DNA of 64,000 nucleotides, taken from assembly GCA_040222015.1 (NCBI GenBank), contig JAVJWO010000052.1, positions 1 through 64,000 of the forward strand. The letters run 5' to 3'. The notes under the pieces were generated by a model that did not search any database, had not been told where the DNA came from, and saw only the letters and a list, made by a program, of their open reading frames with translations. Each line of letters begins with the position of its first letter. Position 1 is the stretch's first letter. Of this stretch, positions 11,292-22,296 are shown one piece after another. Both the position numbers and the translations under genes were made by a program. Source of the DNA: Coleofasciculus chthonoplastes F2-STO-03. Lineage in GTDB: Bacteria > Cyanobacteriota > Cyanobacteriia > Cyanobacteriales > Coleofasciculaceae.

Positions 11292-11789
11292 ATGAAGCCA
11301 GATAGCAAGTATCAGCCACTCCTGGAATTTCTGCGTCAGAGCAATCAAGCGGAAGTCATTCTCACCTTTACAGAAATTGAGGAACTCATGAATGACACCT
11401 TACCCGACTCAGCACGCAAAAAACGGGCATGGTGGAGCAATCGCAGCAAAGGCGCACTGCAAGCTTCTGCTTGGATGGAAGCCGGATATCGGGTTGAGGA
11501 GGTTGATTTCGAGGAACAACGGGTGACATTTCGTCAACCTACCGCTAAACCCAAAGTTCAGCGAGTGGGTGACACTGTGCTGTGGAACGCTCAACTCATC
11601 AAAGCACTGCGCCGCCACATGGGTTTAACCCAGGCAGAGTTTGCCCAAAGGATGGGTGTGCGACAGAAAACCGTCAGTAATTGGGAAATTGCTCTATATG
11701 AGCCGCCTCTGTCTACTTCTAAACATCTAGAATTGGTTGCTCAACTAGCTGGATTCAGATACGAGGAAGGGTCAGAAAATTCGGAGTAG
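11292..11789 (+). CDS. XRE-family HTH protein with N-terminal SKY.PL/WWSN domain
   Basis: C-terminal IKALRRHMGLTQAEFAQRMGVRQKTVSNWE helix-turn-helix. Confidence 0.8.
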   Translation: MKPDSKYQPLLEFLRQSNQAEVILTFTEIEELMNDTLPDSARKKRAWWSNRSKGALQASAWMEAGYRVEEVDFEEQRVTFRQPTAKPKVQRVGDTVLWNAQLIKALRRHMGLTQAEFAQRMGVRQKTVSNWEIALYEPPLSTSKHLELVAQLAGFRYEEGSENSE

Positions 11790-11793
11790 GGTA

Positions 11794-11823
11794 TTGACAC
11801 AGAAGTAAATTGTTTACTATATT
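11794..11823 (+). promoter_or_regulatory. Candidate sigma70 promoter with a palindromic operator in the spacer
   Basis: TTGACA-18 bp-TATATT, with GTAAAttgTTTAC inside the spacer. Confidence 0.4.
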
Positions 11824-11988
11824 GTCAGCATGGTCGTTGGAGCTGACAATAGTTAAGCCTCAACAACCCAAAAATTTCCCAAACCACCGCTATCGCTGCG
11901 CTTATTGAAGTTTGAACCTGCTCCCGTCAGGTTTGGTTTGTATAGCTGTGGTTTCAACCGCCAAGCCATTCACGAGCAATAATCTACC

Positions 11989-12132
11989 ATGCAACCCATA
12001 CGCCATCGCATCAACCCCAAAACCTTCGTCATCACCCTTGGCCAAATCGCCAAACTCCTGAGAATCCCCCAAGAGCGTATCCTCAACTGGGAAAAAGTTT
12101 CCGACGCTTCCTGCTCCCCTTATGACTCCTGA
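11989..12132 (+). pseudogene. Short, probably truncated hypothetical ORF (MQPIRHRINPKTFVITLGQIAKLL...)
   Basis: 47-aa ORF downstream of the candidate promoter; protein-like N-terminus that ends abruptly. Confidence 0.35.
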
Positions 12133-12171
12133 GTTCAATCCGTAGGAACTCTCAAGAAACAGGTTCTGACG

Positions 12172-13989
12172 TTATTCTGTCGCCACTGTTGGCTGACTTG
12201 GCGGAATTTGCTCGATCGCGATTAAGGCTTCCATAACTGACTTGACAATCGGTGCAGCTACCGTAGAGCCAAAGGCATTTCCCTTCGGTTCATCCACCAC
12301 CGCCATCACCACATAACGGGGAGAATCCACACTGAGAATTCCCACAAAGCTGGTAATTTTTGCATTGGTAAAATACCCCCCCGTAGGACTAGCTTTCTGA
12401 GCCGTTCCCGTCTTCCCCGCCACTCGATACCCTGAAATTTGAGCCGTTTTTCCTGTTCCTTGGCTAACCACGGTTTCCATCATTTCCAGAACGTTCTGAC
12501 TGGTTTCTGGTGAGAAGATGGGGCGGGGCGTACTCAGGCGTGGTTGCCAATATAGCTGACCTTGACTATCAAAAAGTCCTTGTACCATATAAGGCGTAAC
12601 TAACTTACCCCCATTGGCTAACGTAGCATGGAGTTGAGCAAGCTGAAGCGGCGTTAGGGAAAAGCCTTGACCAAATGCTGTTGTTGCGGGTTCGATGGGG
12701 GAACTGGTAAACTTTCGCTGATTTTTGAGCTGTCCGGCACTTTCAAAGGGCAAATCTGTTTCCAGTTTCTGCCCCAATCCCAATCGTTCTAGCCAACCAT
12801 AGTAAACCTCGGGCTTCATTTGCTGCATCATCCGCACCATGCCCACGTTACTGGAATGTTGCAGGATTTGTGCTGGATTGAGCATGCCATGGGCTTTTTT
12901 GTCATAGTTGGCAATGGGCCACCGACCGATCTGAATCGAACCCGTATCATTGAATAAACTATCAGGACGAACGGCTCCAGATTCCAGCGCGATCGCAACA
13001 TTTAAAGGCTTAAATGTGGAACCCGGTTCATACAAATCTGCCAATGCCCAATTTTTAAACAAACTAATGTCAGAGGTCGAATATTGATTTGGGTTATAGG
13101 TTGGTTCTGAGACTAACACCAACAAGGAACCATCCAAGGCATCCATAACAATTACAGTACCTCGTTTGGCATTAAATTCCTTAATTTTTTGCTTAAGGGC
13201 AGAACGTGCCGCACGTTGTAACCGACTATCTAGAGTCAGTTGTAACCGCAGATCATCTGAGTGGAGAAACCCTTCTGGAATATGATCTGGCATCAATGTA
13301 CCATTACCTGCCCGACTCATTCGCAGCGTGCGAATTTCTCGTTCTAATAATTTTTCCTGAGAATACTCAATTCCTGCCTGACCTTGATGATCAACATTGA
13401 CGTACCCAACCACATCGGCGGCTAACTCTTGCTGAGGATAAAGGCGAGAATATTTGGGAATCAGTTCGAGTCCATCCAAACTTAATTGAGCAATTTTGTT
13501 CGCTGTATCTTCCGTTAATGACCCGCTAACTTGAATCCCCGTATTTCTTTTATTAAATAGCGTTTCCAAGTCAGTAGAAGACTTGTCCAGAATTGGCGCT
13601 AGCTGAGTCGCTATATTGGCTTTGGATAGCTTAAACAGTTTGGGATGAACGTAAAGGGTATAGACGCGCCGATCCACCGCCAAAACATTACCATTACGGT
13701 CAACTATTGGACGACGCGGAATAAACGGGCGCATATAAATCATCTGCTGTTGCCTTGCTTTTTCTTCCAAGCTAGGTGAGATGACGACTTGCAGCCGATA
13801 TAAATTGAATAACAGCCCAAAACTCCCTGCCATCATGATGACCCAAATTAGCAGCAATCTAAACCCAGGGCGCTGAAAAAGTTTTGAATGTTGAGCCATG
13901 GCGCGTCTTGAGTTTTGACCCTTCGCTTCGCTCATAGGGAACCTAGTTTTGAGTTTTGAATTTTGCATTCGATCACTCATCTTGCCCAA
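12172..13989 (-). CDS. ftsI: Cell-division penicillin-binding protein (FtsI/PBP3-like); true start probably downstream of the ORF start
   Basis: RRPIVDRNG, YEPGSTFK (SxxK), SSN, GKTGTAQ; adjacent to an ftsL-like gene. Confidence 0.85.
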   Translation of the reverse strand: MGKMSDRMQNSKLKTRFPMSEAKGQNSRRAMAQHSKLFQRPGFRLLLIWVIMMAGSFGLLFNLYRLQVVISPSLEEKARQQQMIYMRPFIPRRPIVDRNGNVLAVDRRVYTLYVHPKLFKLSKANIATQLAPILDKSSTDLETLFNKRNTGIQVSGSLTEDTANKIAQLSLDGLELIPKYSRLYPQQELAADVVGYVNVDHQGQAGIEYSQEKLLEREIRTLRMSRAGNGTLMPDHIPEGFLHSDDLRLQLTLDSRLQRAARSALKQKIKEFNAKRGTVIVMDALDGSLLVLVSEPTYNPNQYSTSDISLFKNWALADLYEPGSTFKPLNVAIALESGAVRPDSLFNDTGSIQIGRWPIANYDKKAHGMLNPAQILQHSSNVGMVRMMQQMKPEVYYGWLERLGLGQKLETDLPFESAGQLKNQRKFTSSPIEPATTAFGQGFSLTPLQLAQLHATLANGGKLVTPYMVQGLFDSQGQLYWQPRLSTPRPIFSPETSQNVLEMMETVVSQGTGKTAQISGYRVAGKTGTAQKASPTGGYFTNAKITSFVGILSVDSPRYVVMAVVDEPKGNAFGSTVAAPIVKSVMEALIAIEQIPPSQPTVATE

Positions 13990-14064
13990 CAGAAGTTTAG
14001 AGATTCGCTAGGCGCAATATATTGTTTCCCCTTCGCCCCTCTGCCCCTCTGCACCCCTGCTTCC

Positions 14065-14580
14065 TCAATATCCCAAAGGAGTCTTTGCCAAGGTTTCTTG
14101 CTCAAATGTCTGATTCGGAGATTCCTGGAATTGGCGCTGAGGTGCCGGAGAGAGCAAAAGGGTATTGGCAGTAGTAGGTGTTACTAAACCTGTGGCTGGG
14201 CGTTCCGCTTGTTGAGCGAGTTGATCTTTGATGATTTCATTCGTTGTTGTCAGATCACGCTCATTCCGCTGGAGCGTTCCCAATTTTCGGTATTCTTGCG
14301 TCCACTGCTGCTGGGTATATACAGTCCAGGAATAAATGGTTAGTGTCACAATACCCAGGATCAGCGTGATCACATCCGAACCGCGTTGCAGGATCATCAG
14401 CGATCGCAACCAACCAGGAGTCCGTTCTCGTGAGGTGTCAAGCCTTTCTACCTTTTGGCGACTGGTTCTAGACGCCAAGGGGGACACAGGGCTTGATCGA
14501 GATGACCGCATCCTCGAGTGAACCGGAACTTGGCGAGAAGGATGACGTTGAATTGGAACAGAACGAGAGACAGCATTCAT
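14065..14580 (-). CDS. FtsL-like cell division protein
   Basis: Basic N-terminus, one TM helix, coiled coil; directly upstream of ftsI. Confidence 0.6.
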   Translation of the reverse strand: MNAVSRSVPIQRHPSRQVPVHSRMRSSRSSPVSPLASRTSRQKVERLDTSRERTPGWLRSLMILQRGSDVITLILGIVTLTIYSWTVYTQQQWTQEYRKLGTLQRNERDLTTTNEIIKDQLAQQAERPATGLVTPTTANTLLLSPAPQRQFQESPNQTFEQETLAKTPLGY

Positions 14581-14720
14581 AAGCGTTTTGCAGATATTTA
14601 AATTTTGAGTTTTGACCCAACGCGCTTGTTCTAGGGAACCTGGTTTTGACTTTTCACAACCTTCGAGGGCATGGCGCGTGAGTTAACTCCTCCATCTTCG
14701 CCATCTCCCCTGTCATTCCG

Positions 14721-16892
14721 CTATCCCCTACCCCTTACTTCGTTGAAGGGGTAGCCCCTCGCGATTCGGGTGGGGGATTGAGAGGACGAGGGACTTGATT
14801 TTAGGGCATGATGATGGCGCACTGGGATTTGCAAAATAAACTCAGTCCCTTGACCCGGTTGCGATCGCACGTCTAGTTGCCCCTGATGTTGATTAACAAT
14901 GGTTTGATAGCTCACGGTTAAACCCAAACCTCGACCTTCTCCAACGGCTTTGGTTGTGAAAAATGGCTCAAAGATACTTGAGATAATGTCTGGATTAATG
15001 CCTACACCATTGTCAGCGATACTAATTTGTACCCGATCCTCATCCGAGGAATGGATGCTCGGTTTCCATTGCGTTCGCAGGGTAATCATCTTATCAGAAT
15101 TGGGCGAACGATTGAGTGATTCAATGGCATTCGTCAGCAGATTGAGAAATACCTGATTGATCGGCTTAGGGTAACATTCGACATGAGGGAGGTTATCATA
15201 ATGCCGTTCTATGGTAATCGTATTGATGCATTGGTTGTGCAGGATTAACAACGTATTTTCCAATGCCGCGTTGATATCAATCAGTTTCAAGGAGGCTTCG
15301 TTGTGCCGCGAAAATCTCTGCAATAACTGTACGATTTCCTGAATTCGCTGGGTGCCTGATTGCATAGATTGCAAAATTTTCGGTAAATCCTTGCTTAAAA
15401 AGTCAATTTCCACTTCCTCCAAGATGTTTGCCAGTGTCGGTGAGGGGTTCGCATATTCACGTTGGTAGGCTTGCACTAAACGCAGCAAGTCATTGACATA
15501 ATTTTCTAAGTAAGGAATATTGCCATAGATGAAACTAATGGGATTATTGATTTCATGAGCCACCCCAGCCACCATTCTGCCTAAACTGGACATTTTTTCA
15601 CTTTGAATCAGTTGGACTTGGGTCAGCCGCAGTTCTTCAATCATTTCTGCCAGTTTTTGGGCTTGCATGGCATTATGTGCCGCTTGTTGCTGGGTGCGGG
15701 TATATAAATACGCCTGTTGCAGAGAAATCGCTAGCTGATCGGCGACGGCTTGTGCCAGTTCTTGATCGTGTTTTGACCAATAGCGAATGTAAGCACATTG
15801 ATTGATGTACAAAATGGCATAGAGTTTGCCATGGGCTTGCACCGGAACCACTAATGAGGATTTGATTTGGGCATGTTGGTATTCTTCGTTGTGGGCATCA
15901 ATTCGCTCATCTTGGGTCACATCAGGAATCACTACCGCCCGTCGGTGCTGAATAATCCACTGCGTAATTGGACCGTGGGGATTGAATGTATCCTTGCAAG
16001 GGGCAAAGGGTTGGCGATACACCTCATAGAGATGATCTTGGTGTAATGACTCACCGTTACTGATTGCGATCGCGGTTTCTGGGTTGGCGGCTGGCAGATC
16101 TGAAGTTTGGTAATCCTCGACTAAATGCACCAAACATCGATCCACTTCCAACGCTGAACACAGATGGCTAATCGCTTCCGTTAATATGGTCTGGGGATCA
16201 AAACTCTGGCGAGTTTGGCTGGTAATATGATTAACGATTTGCTCACGAATGGCTTGTTTCTGGGTTTGTTCATAGAGTTGAGCTTGACGGATACCAATTT
16301 CTAAGGATTCCGCGATCGACTCTAAAAATTGAATTTCTGGAGTTGCCCAAAACCGAGGTTGCTCACAAAGACAAGCAATAAACCCAATTCCGTTTTCTTT
16401 ACCTGTGACGGGAATCAACAAGCTTGCTTTATATTCCCAGAGGGAGGAATTGGGAATGAGTGATGGGGGATTGGCAGAGGATTTCTGTAAAAGCTGTTGC
16501 ATTCTCCACCGTAGTCCTGTGGGTGTCAAGTGCGCTGTGCCACGATTAACGATCCGTTTCCCTTCGGCGATCGCCCAAGCCATAGTACCAAAACATTCTA
16601 GGGAATACTCTCCCAAATACGAGGGCTGATCCTCATCCTGACGGCGTTCGCAGACAATCTCAACTTGCCCCCGTTCTTCCCAATACCAGAAAAAACTACA
16701 ACAATCAAGTCGAAGCAACGCCGCAATTTCGTCTACGGCTGTTTGCACAACAACTTGCAATTCCAGGGAATTACGGATGCGATCAACGATTTTTTGGGTT
16801 AGTGCTGCTTGCCTTGGGGGATACTTGATCCAAGCTTGGATCAATTGAAAAGCGTGATAAAAATTAGAAAACACAATGCATTCCTTAAACAA
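14721..16892 (-). CDS. GAF-GAF sensor histidine kinase
   Basis: Two GAF domains; H-box GVAHEINNP, N-box NLLTNAI, DNGVG, FFTTK..GEGRGLGL. Confidence 0.9.
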   Translation of the reverse strand: MFKECIVFSNFYHAFQLIQAWIKYPPRQAALTQKIVDRIRNSLELQVVVQTAVDEIAALLRLDCCSFFWYWEERGQVEIVCERRQDEDQPSYLGEYSLECFGTMAWAIAEGKRIVNRGTAHLTPTGLRWRMQQLLQKSSANPPSLIPNSSLWEYKASLLIPVTGKENGIGFIACLCEQPRFWATPEIQFLESIAESLEIGIRQAQLYEQTQKQAIREQIVNHITSQTRQSFDPQTILTEAISHLCSALEVDRCLVHLVEDYQTSDLPAANPETAIAISNGESLHQDHLYEVYRQPFAPCKDTFNPHGPITQWIIQHRRAVVIPDVTQDERIDAHNEEYQHAQIKSSLVVPVQAHGKLYAILYINQCAYIRYWSKHDQELAQAVADQLAISLQQAYLYTRTQQQAAHNAMQAQKLAEMIEELRLTQVQLIQSEKMSSLGRMVAGVAHEINNPISFIYGNIPYLENYVNDLLRLVQAYQREYANPSPTLANILEEVEIDFLSKDLPKILQSMQSGTQRIQEIVQLLQRFSRHNEASLKLIDINAALENTLLILHNQCINTITIERHYDNLPHVECYPKPINQVFLNLLTNAIESLNRSPNSDKMITLRTQWKPSIHSSDEDRVQISIADNGVGINPDIISSIFEPFFTTKAVGEGRGLGLTVSYQTIVNQHQGQLDVRSQPGQGTEFILQIPVRHHHALKSSPSSSQSPTRIARGYPFNEVRGRG

Positions 16893-17091
16893 TCCTCCGC
16901 ACCCACCTTGACGGCTTGTCCTGATTTTATAGGCTAAACCGCCAAAAAAACCCTATATTAACAATTATGTACCCGTTGGGAGAGTCTAGCTGGATTAAGG
17001 GAAAAAACAAGTAGTCGTGTTAAAAGTATAAAGTTATAGTAAGCTAGCGTAACGTCTGATTTGACGCAGTCTTTAACACAAAGGGGAGTGT

Positions 17092-17268
17092 ATGACTAAG
17101 AAATTACTGAGTTTGCTGCTGGTATTGGCTTTGGGAGCTAGTTTGGGCGCTTGCCAAAATGACGCAGGCATAGATGAACCTCCAGCAGACGGTGGAGACG
17201 GCATAGAGTCTCCCACTGAGTCTCCGGCTGAGTCTCCCACTGAGTCTCCCACTGAGTCTCCCGAGTAG
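17092..17268 (+). CDS. Small acidic lipoprotein with ESPT repeats (58 aa)
   Basis: RBS AAGGGGAG; MTKKLLSLLLVLALGASLGA-C lipobox; tail ESPTESPAESPTESPTESPE. Too short for the ORF track. Confidence 0.75.
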   Translation: MTKKLLSLLLVLALGASLGACQNDAGIDEPPADGGDGIESPTESPAESPTESPTESPE

Positions 17269-17418
17269 AACAGCCACAAAAAAATGCGATCGCCTATTGA
17301 TTGCCTTATCCCGGAAGCTTGAAACTATTTCCTAAGCTAAAACGCGATATCTGGACTTCATCGTCAGGTATCGCTTTTTGCTTGGCTTCAAGCCTTGGTG
17401 TATTAATTGCCATGAACA

Positions 17419-19158
17419 ATGAACCCTAAACAACAACGACATTGGTTGCACTTTGGGCTACTCGTGTTATGGATAGCCCTTGGTGCAATTCTGCGCTTGA
17501 GTCGTTTGGTGTCTCTACCCCCATGGACTGATGAGTTCGCCACGATGGTCTTTAGTTTAGGCAACAGTTTTCAAACTGTGCCACTGAATCAGTGGATGGG
17601 TGCGGATCTCTTGCTCTATCCCTTATCTCCTGTATCTGATTCAGATATTGGTTCAGTTGTCAACCATTTAAGGCAAGAAAGTACACATCCACCGATTTAT
17701 TTTGTCTTAACCCATTTGTGGATAAAGGTCTTTCCCACCGATGACGGATTGGTATCCTTATGGGGGGCGCGATCGCTCTCGGCATTATTAGGAATTGCGG
17801 CTATTCCTAGCCTATTCGGTTTGGGGTATTTGGCGTTTGATTCCCGATTAGTCGGTCAAATCGCCGCTGCGATGATGGCGGTTTCACCTTACGGGATTTT
17901 CCTCGCCCAAGATGCACGTCATTACACCCTGGCAATTTTATTGGTGGTTGCGTCTCTATCGTGTTTAGTCGTGGCGATTCAAGCCATCCACCGCGATCAA
18001 CCCTTATCTAGGGGGATCGGATTAGTATGGGTGGGTGTCAATAGTTTGGGAATCGCCACACATTATTTTTTCAGCTTAACCCTCTGTGCGGAAGGGGTGG
18101 TGCTGTTGACGCAGGCTTGGCAACAGGGAAGGAAAGATCCTCAGAGTTTGGTGCGATCGCATTGGCGGCGTATTTATGCCGTTGCTGGAGGAACGCTGAT
18201 CGGATGTGTTGTCTGGCTACCGACTTTATACAGTATTTACGGTAGCGAACCCACAGCCTGGATCGCTGATGGGGATCTGACTCGTGAATGGTTAGCACCC
18301 ATCGGGCGACTGTTTATTTGGGGGCTGAGTATGATCCTGTTGCTTCCCACCGCCACAACTATTCTGCCGATTTGGATCGTGGTAATCTCCGGTATCGTAA
18401 CGGTGTTATTTGTAGTTAGCCTGATACCGAGACTCGGTAATGGCTGGAAACTCCAACAGCACTTTCCTGATCGCCGTTTAGCCTTGCAGATTTTGTGGGT
18501 ATATTTAGGGAGTGCGATCGCGTTAATCTTGGGCATCACCTACGGTTTAGGTATGGACTTAACTCTAGGGGCGCGGTTTCAGTTTGTTTACTTTCCGGCT
18601 GTGATCCTGTTATTAGCGGGGATGCTGGCTGGAGTTTGGCAGCAGGTGACATTTGATTCAGCTTCTAGGCTAAAGCATGGCAAAGCAATTGTGGCAATGA
18701 TTTGGCTGATGGGATTAATGGGAGGATTCACCGCCATTGGGAATTTAGGGTACTTACAAAATCACCGTCCCGATTTACTTGCCCCTGTAATCCAAGAGGC
18801 GTCTCAATCTGCCGTATTCATCGCCACCACTCACAAGCATCATGGACAAACCGGACGACTGATGGGGTTAGCTTGGGAATTTAAACGGTTATCGGATAGG
18901 AAGGGTTCTGAAACGGATAGAACTGCATCTGCCCAATTTTTCCTAGCGGATCGCGATCCCCAAACCAGAACCTATACAGACGCGATCGCACGCTTGCAGA
19001 ACACGTTAACTGAACTACCACGCCCCTTCGATTTATGGTTAGTGGATTTTCGGACTACGGTTGATTTAGAGGCGCAGCATTGTTTTCGCGATCGGTCTTA
19101 TGGATCGTGGGCAGGGGAATATAAATATAAACTGTATCGTTGTCTGCCAGAAAAATAA
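17419..19158 (+). CDS. GT-C fold membrane glycosyltransferase (GT39/PMT-like)
   Basis: PWTDE motif after TM1, HPPIYF, AQDARHY; many TM helices. Confidence 0.8.
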   Translation: MNPKQQRHWLHFGLLVLWIALGAILRLSRLVSLPPWTDEFATMVFSLGNSFQTVPLNQWMGADLLLYPLSPVSDSDIGSVVNHLRQESTHPPIYFVLTHLWIKVFPTDDGLVSLWGARSLSALLGIAAIPSLFGLGYLAFDSRLVGQIAAAMMAVSPYGIFLAQDARHYTLAILLVVASLSCLVVAIQAIHRDQPLSRGIGLVWVGVNSLGIATHYFFSLTLCAEGVVLLTQAWQQGRKDPQSLVRSHWRRIYAVAGGTLIGCVVWLPTLYSIYGSEPTAWIADGDLTREWLAPIGRLFIWGLSMILLLPTATTILPIWIVVISGIVTVLFVVSLIPRLGNGWKLQQHFPDRRLALQILWVYLGSAIALILGITYGLGMDLTLGARFQFVYFPAVILLLAGMLAGVWQQVTFDSASRLKHGKAIVAMIWLMGLMGGFTAIGNLGYLQNHRPDLLAPVIQEASQSAVFIATTHKHHGQTGRLMGLAWEFKRLSDRKGSETDRTASAQFFLADRDPQTRTYTDAIARLQNTLTELPRPFDLWLVDFRTTVDLEAQHCFRDRSYGSWAGEYKYKLYRCLPEK

Positions 19159-19184
19159 ATAAAAATTAGACTAAACCTTTCGAT

Positions 19185-19604
19185 TTAAATTCGCCAATTA
19201 TCTAATCTCAAAGGATAACCTAAGGCTTGAACTCGCTTCAAGTGAGATAAATTACCAGTTACCAAAGTGAGATCATGTTGTAGAGCGATCGCAGCAATCA
19301 TTGAGTCAGGATAACCAATGGGTTGTCCTATTCGTTCTAAATCCGCATAGATACGCCCTGCTAATGCGGCATCTGACAGTTCTAGTCCCAAAACCTCTTC
19401 AGAGGTAAGAGTAGCTAAAAACTCTTGGACACGATCTTCTCGTTGACGTTTATGCCAACCTTGGACAACCTCCATAACGGTAATAACCGAAATTGTGTAG
19501 CAACCGAAAACAGCACGATAAGCAGTAGCTTTAGCTATAACCCTTTGATTAATTCTCCTAAAAATTTCAGACAAAATGTCTGTGTCAAGCAGTGCCTTTT
19601 CCAA
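19185..19604 (-). CDS. vapC: PIN-domain (VapC-type) toxin
   Basis: LLDTDILS, ISVITVME, D.MIAAIAL...LVTGN. Confidence 0.88.
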   Translation of the reverse strand: MEKALLDTDILSEIFRRINQRVIAKATAYRAVFGCYTISVITVMEVVQGWHKRQREDRVQEFLATLTSEEVLGLELSDAALAGRIYADLERIGQPIGYPDSMIAAIALQHDLTLVTGNLSHLKRVQALGYPLRLDNWRI

Positions 19605-19839
19605 TTTTTTCGTTGAATAACTGTACTCTCCGATTTTTTAGGGCTTCTTCAAGTATCTCACCAACAAGTTCCGGTTCATCAGCAACTAGTCCTAACCAAG
19701 GATCTTTTGTTCTTTTTTGCCGGATCAGTAGTTTGATAACGTCTGCAATCAGTTCCGGTAATGTACTTTGCCGATACTCTGCCAAAAGCTTGGCACTTTC
19801 AAGGGTTTGTTGGTCGAGTTCTACTTCGATCTTTGTCAT
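19585..19839 (-). CDS. Antitoxin partner of the PIN toxin
   Basis: Small ORF overlapping the toxin start. Confidence 0.7.
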   Translation of the reverse strand: MTKIEVELDQQTLESAKLLAEYRQSTLPELIADVIKLLIRQKRTKDPWLGLVADEPELVGEILEEALKNRRVQLFNEKIGKGTA

Positions 19840-20063
19840 TCTGCCTAGCCTCTTGCATCAGGAGCTTGCTGAAATTCTAACATTTTTATGACTTAGGCAA
19901 AGGCTCGATATGTAGGGTGTGTTAGCGTAGCGTAATGAACCTTAACCAATATATATGGTGTGGTTGCGTCAGTCCTGATTTTATAACCTCAGACATCGAT
20001 TAGCACGAATCATTTAGTAGAGACGTTCCGGCGGAACGTCTCTACCACAGTTGGTTATTCCCA

Positions 20064-21047
20064 TTAAACCGAAAACGGCAAAAACGGGATCGCACTCACC
20101 AAGGTTTGCAAATTGTCAGCTAAAGCCGTCGAGAGTTGCTGGGTAATCGGTAAACTATCCACCACGATGCCAGTACATAAGAGCATCATGTACAGAATCG
20201 AATACTTAAACAACCCTCGCGCCAGTTGGTTATTGGTGGGACTTTGTAATAACTGCCATGCTTTTTGTAGAAAAACACTACCCAACACCAGCGCGATCGC
20301 ACCATACACCACACCCGATACTCCTAACGGATAAATGAATAACAGCGACGCGGGAACAACTAACAACGTGTAAGCCCAGATTTGACGGGTTGTAGACTCT
20401 TCACCTGCTACCACTGGCAACATGGGAATCCCGACTTTGGCGTAATCCTCGCGAATCATCAAAGCCAGCGCCCAGAAATGGGGAGGAGTCCACAAAAAGA
20501 CGACGGCAAACAGTAACCAGGCGGGTAAACTCAACTCTCCCGTCACCGCCGCCCAACCCACCAGTGCTGGAATTGCCCCAGCTGCACCGCCAATCACGAT
20601 GTTTTGGGGTGTATGGCGTTTGAGTAAGTGGGTGTAAATCCCCATGTAGAAGATAATGCCCGACATTGCCAATAATGCAGCTAGAAGATTGGCAAAGACG
20701 GCTAATAGGGTAAACGATGCTGATCCTAGAGCGATCGCGAATAACAGGGCATCACGAGTCTGTATCCGCCCTGAAGGAATTGGACGGTTACGGGTGCGTA
20801 GCATCTCATAATCGATATCGCGATCATAAATGCAGTTGAGGACTTGAGCCGAAGCAGCGGCTAAGGTTCCTCCAACCAGGGTAATGAGTAGCAAAAATGG
20901 ATCAACTTGCCCCTCAGATGCCATCCACATCCCGGCGGATGTCGTAATCAACAGCAGGGGTATGATACGCGGTTTTGTGAGTTGGTAGTAGCTCTGAATC
21001 ACTTGCCGGAAGTTTTCATGTTGACGGGATATAGTTGTCCCAATCAT
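20064..21047 (-). CDS. ctaB: Heme O synthase (protoheme IX farnesyltransferase)
   Basis: [36 protein letters not shown]; start set at MIGTT. Confidence 0.93.
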   Translation of the reverse strand: MIGTTISRQHENFRQVIQSYYQLTKPRIIPLLLITTSAGMWMASEGQVDPFLLLITLVGGTLAAASAQVLNCIYDRDIDYEMLRTRNRPIPSGRIQTRDALLFAIALGSASFTLLAVFANLLAALLAMSGIIFYMGIYTHLLKRHTPQNIVIGGAAGAIPALVGWAAVTGELSLPAWLLFAVVFLWTPPHFWALALMIREDYAKVGIPMLPVVAGEESTTRQIWAYTLLVVPASLLFIYPLGVSGVVYGAIALVLGSVFLQKAWQLLQSPTNNQLARGLFKYSILYMMLLCTGIVVDSLPITQQLSTALADNLQTLVSAIPFLPFSV

Positions 21048-21142
21048 TAAATTCACCAATTCCTTATTTATTGAAACACTATATACAATCATTAACACTT
21101 TGACACAATCGCCGTTTTTATGCTGTAGGTGCGGGGGTCTAA

Positions 21143-21180
21143 CAAATGACGAATGACGAATGACAAATGACAAATGACAA
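21143..21180. repeat. STRR heptamer tract (AAATGAC)n; further tracts at 50838-50905, 55857-55905 (TCATTGG) and 59468-59521 (AATAGGC)
   Basis: Direct tandem 7-mers. Confidence 0.85.
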
Positions 21181-21188
21181 TCTTCACT

Positions 21189-22139
21189 TTAATTGTCCCC
21201 ACCTACTTTTTCTACCGCTAACCCAGTGGTGCGATCGCGTAATGCCAAAACGGTAAAGACAATCAAATCTCCCAGTAATGCAGCACCTACAGCTTGATGA
21301 GACACGGTTAGGGGTTCCACCTGTAGGTGTAACCAGAACGTTGCCACTCCCAGAATAATCTGTAAAATTACTAATCCACCTGCCAGATTTGCCAACTGTC
21401 GCAACAGGGGATGGAGGGCAGGTGTGCGCCATGCCAAAATAACCAGGGTTAAAGTGACTAACGTAGCTGGGACTACACCCGCAATATGACTATTCATCAC
21501 GGTGCAAAGTTGAGAAGCGCCCAAGCATTGATGTAACGCCCAACGGGACGCCACCAACCCTCCCAACAAGCTTTGTAAGTAAACCAGAATAGCTGCCATC
21601 AAACCCAGCCAGGGTAAGCGTCCAACTGATCCCGTACCCTTGTAAGGCATCAGGGCAGTACCAATAATCAGTAAGGTGGAGAAAAACAACAAAGCTGTAC
21701 CCAAGTGAGCCGTCACAATATCAAACCGTAACAGTTCGGTAACGGTTAAGCCACCCAAGACGCCTTGAAACACAATTAAACCCAAGGCAAATGTTGCCGC
21801 CCAAGGCAGCCACTTGGGTAAAAAACGGCGATCCCACCACGACAAACCCATTAGGGCGATTGTACTGACGCCAATTAATGCCGCATCGAGGCGATGGAAC
21901 CATTCCAAAAATACTTGAAAATTCATCTGCTGACTTGGCACCCACTGTCCATAGCACAGGGGCCAATCCGGACAAGCGAGTCCAGCATTCATCACCCGCG
22001 TCGCACTCCCTACTGCCATCAACAGCAACGTAGCGATCGCGATTTTCCAAACAAGGCGGCGGGTACGATCCCTGGCTTGGTTGCGATCGGGGGACTCAAT
22101 CGTATGTTGATGAAGGACGGATTCAGTCATAGCACTCAT
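21189..22139 (-). CDS. ctaA: Heme A synthase (COX15/CtaA)
   Basis: GLACPDWPLC, EWFHR; adjacent to ctaB. Confidence 0.92.
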   Translation of the reverse strand: MSAMTESVLHQHTIESPDRNQARDRTRRLVWKIAIATLLLMAVGSATRVMNAGLACPDWPLCYGQWVPSQQMNFQVFLEWFHRLDAALIGVSTIALMGLSWWDRRFLPKWLPWAATFALGLIVFQGVLGGLTVTELLRFDIVTAHLGTALLFFSTLLIIGTALMPYKGTGSVGRLPWLGLMAAILVYLQSLLGGLVASRWALHQCLGASQLCTVMNSHIAGVVPATLVTLTLVILAWRTPALHPLLRQLANLAGGLVILQIILGVATFWLHLQVEPLTVSHQAVGAALLGDLIVFTVLALRDRTTGLAVEKVGGDN

Positions 22140-22296
22140 TGCTAATTCACTCTATCAAACCCTGAGTACCAACTTATGAGTTCGTCAAACTCAGGGTTAG
22201 TTCATTTACTCACACGATAACGCGACTGTTGATTTCTCACCGTAGGTTTTCATCGCAAGTCGCTAGGCGTGTATTTACAACTCCCGTACCTGCAAC

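Noticed and set aside
17073..17279. Minus-strand 68-aa ORF
   Set aside because: Antisense shadow of the plus-strand lipoprotein, which has an RBS and lipobox
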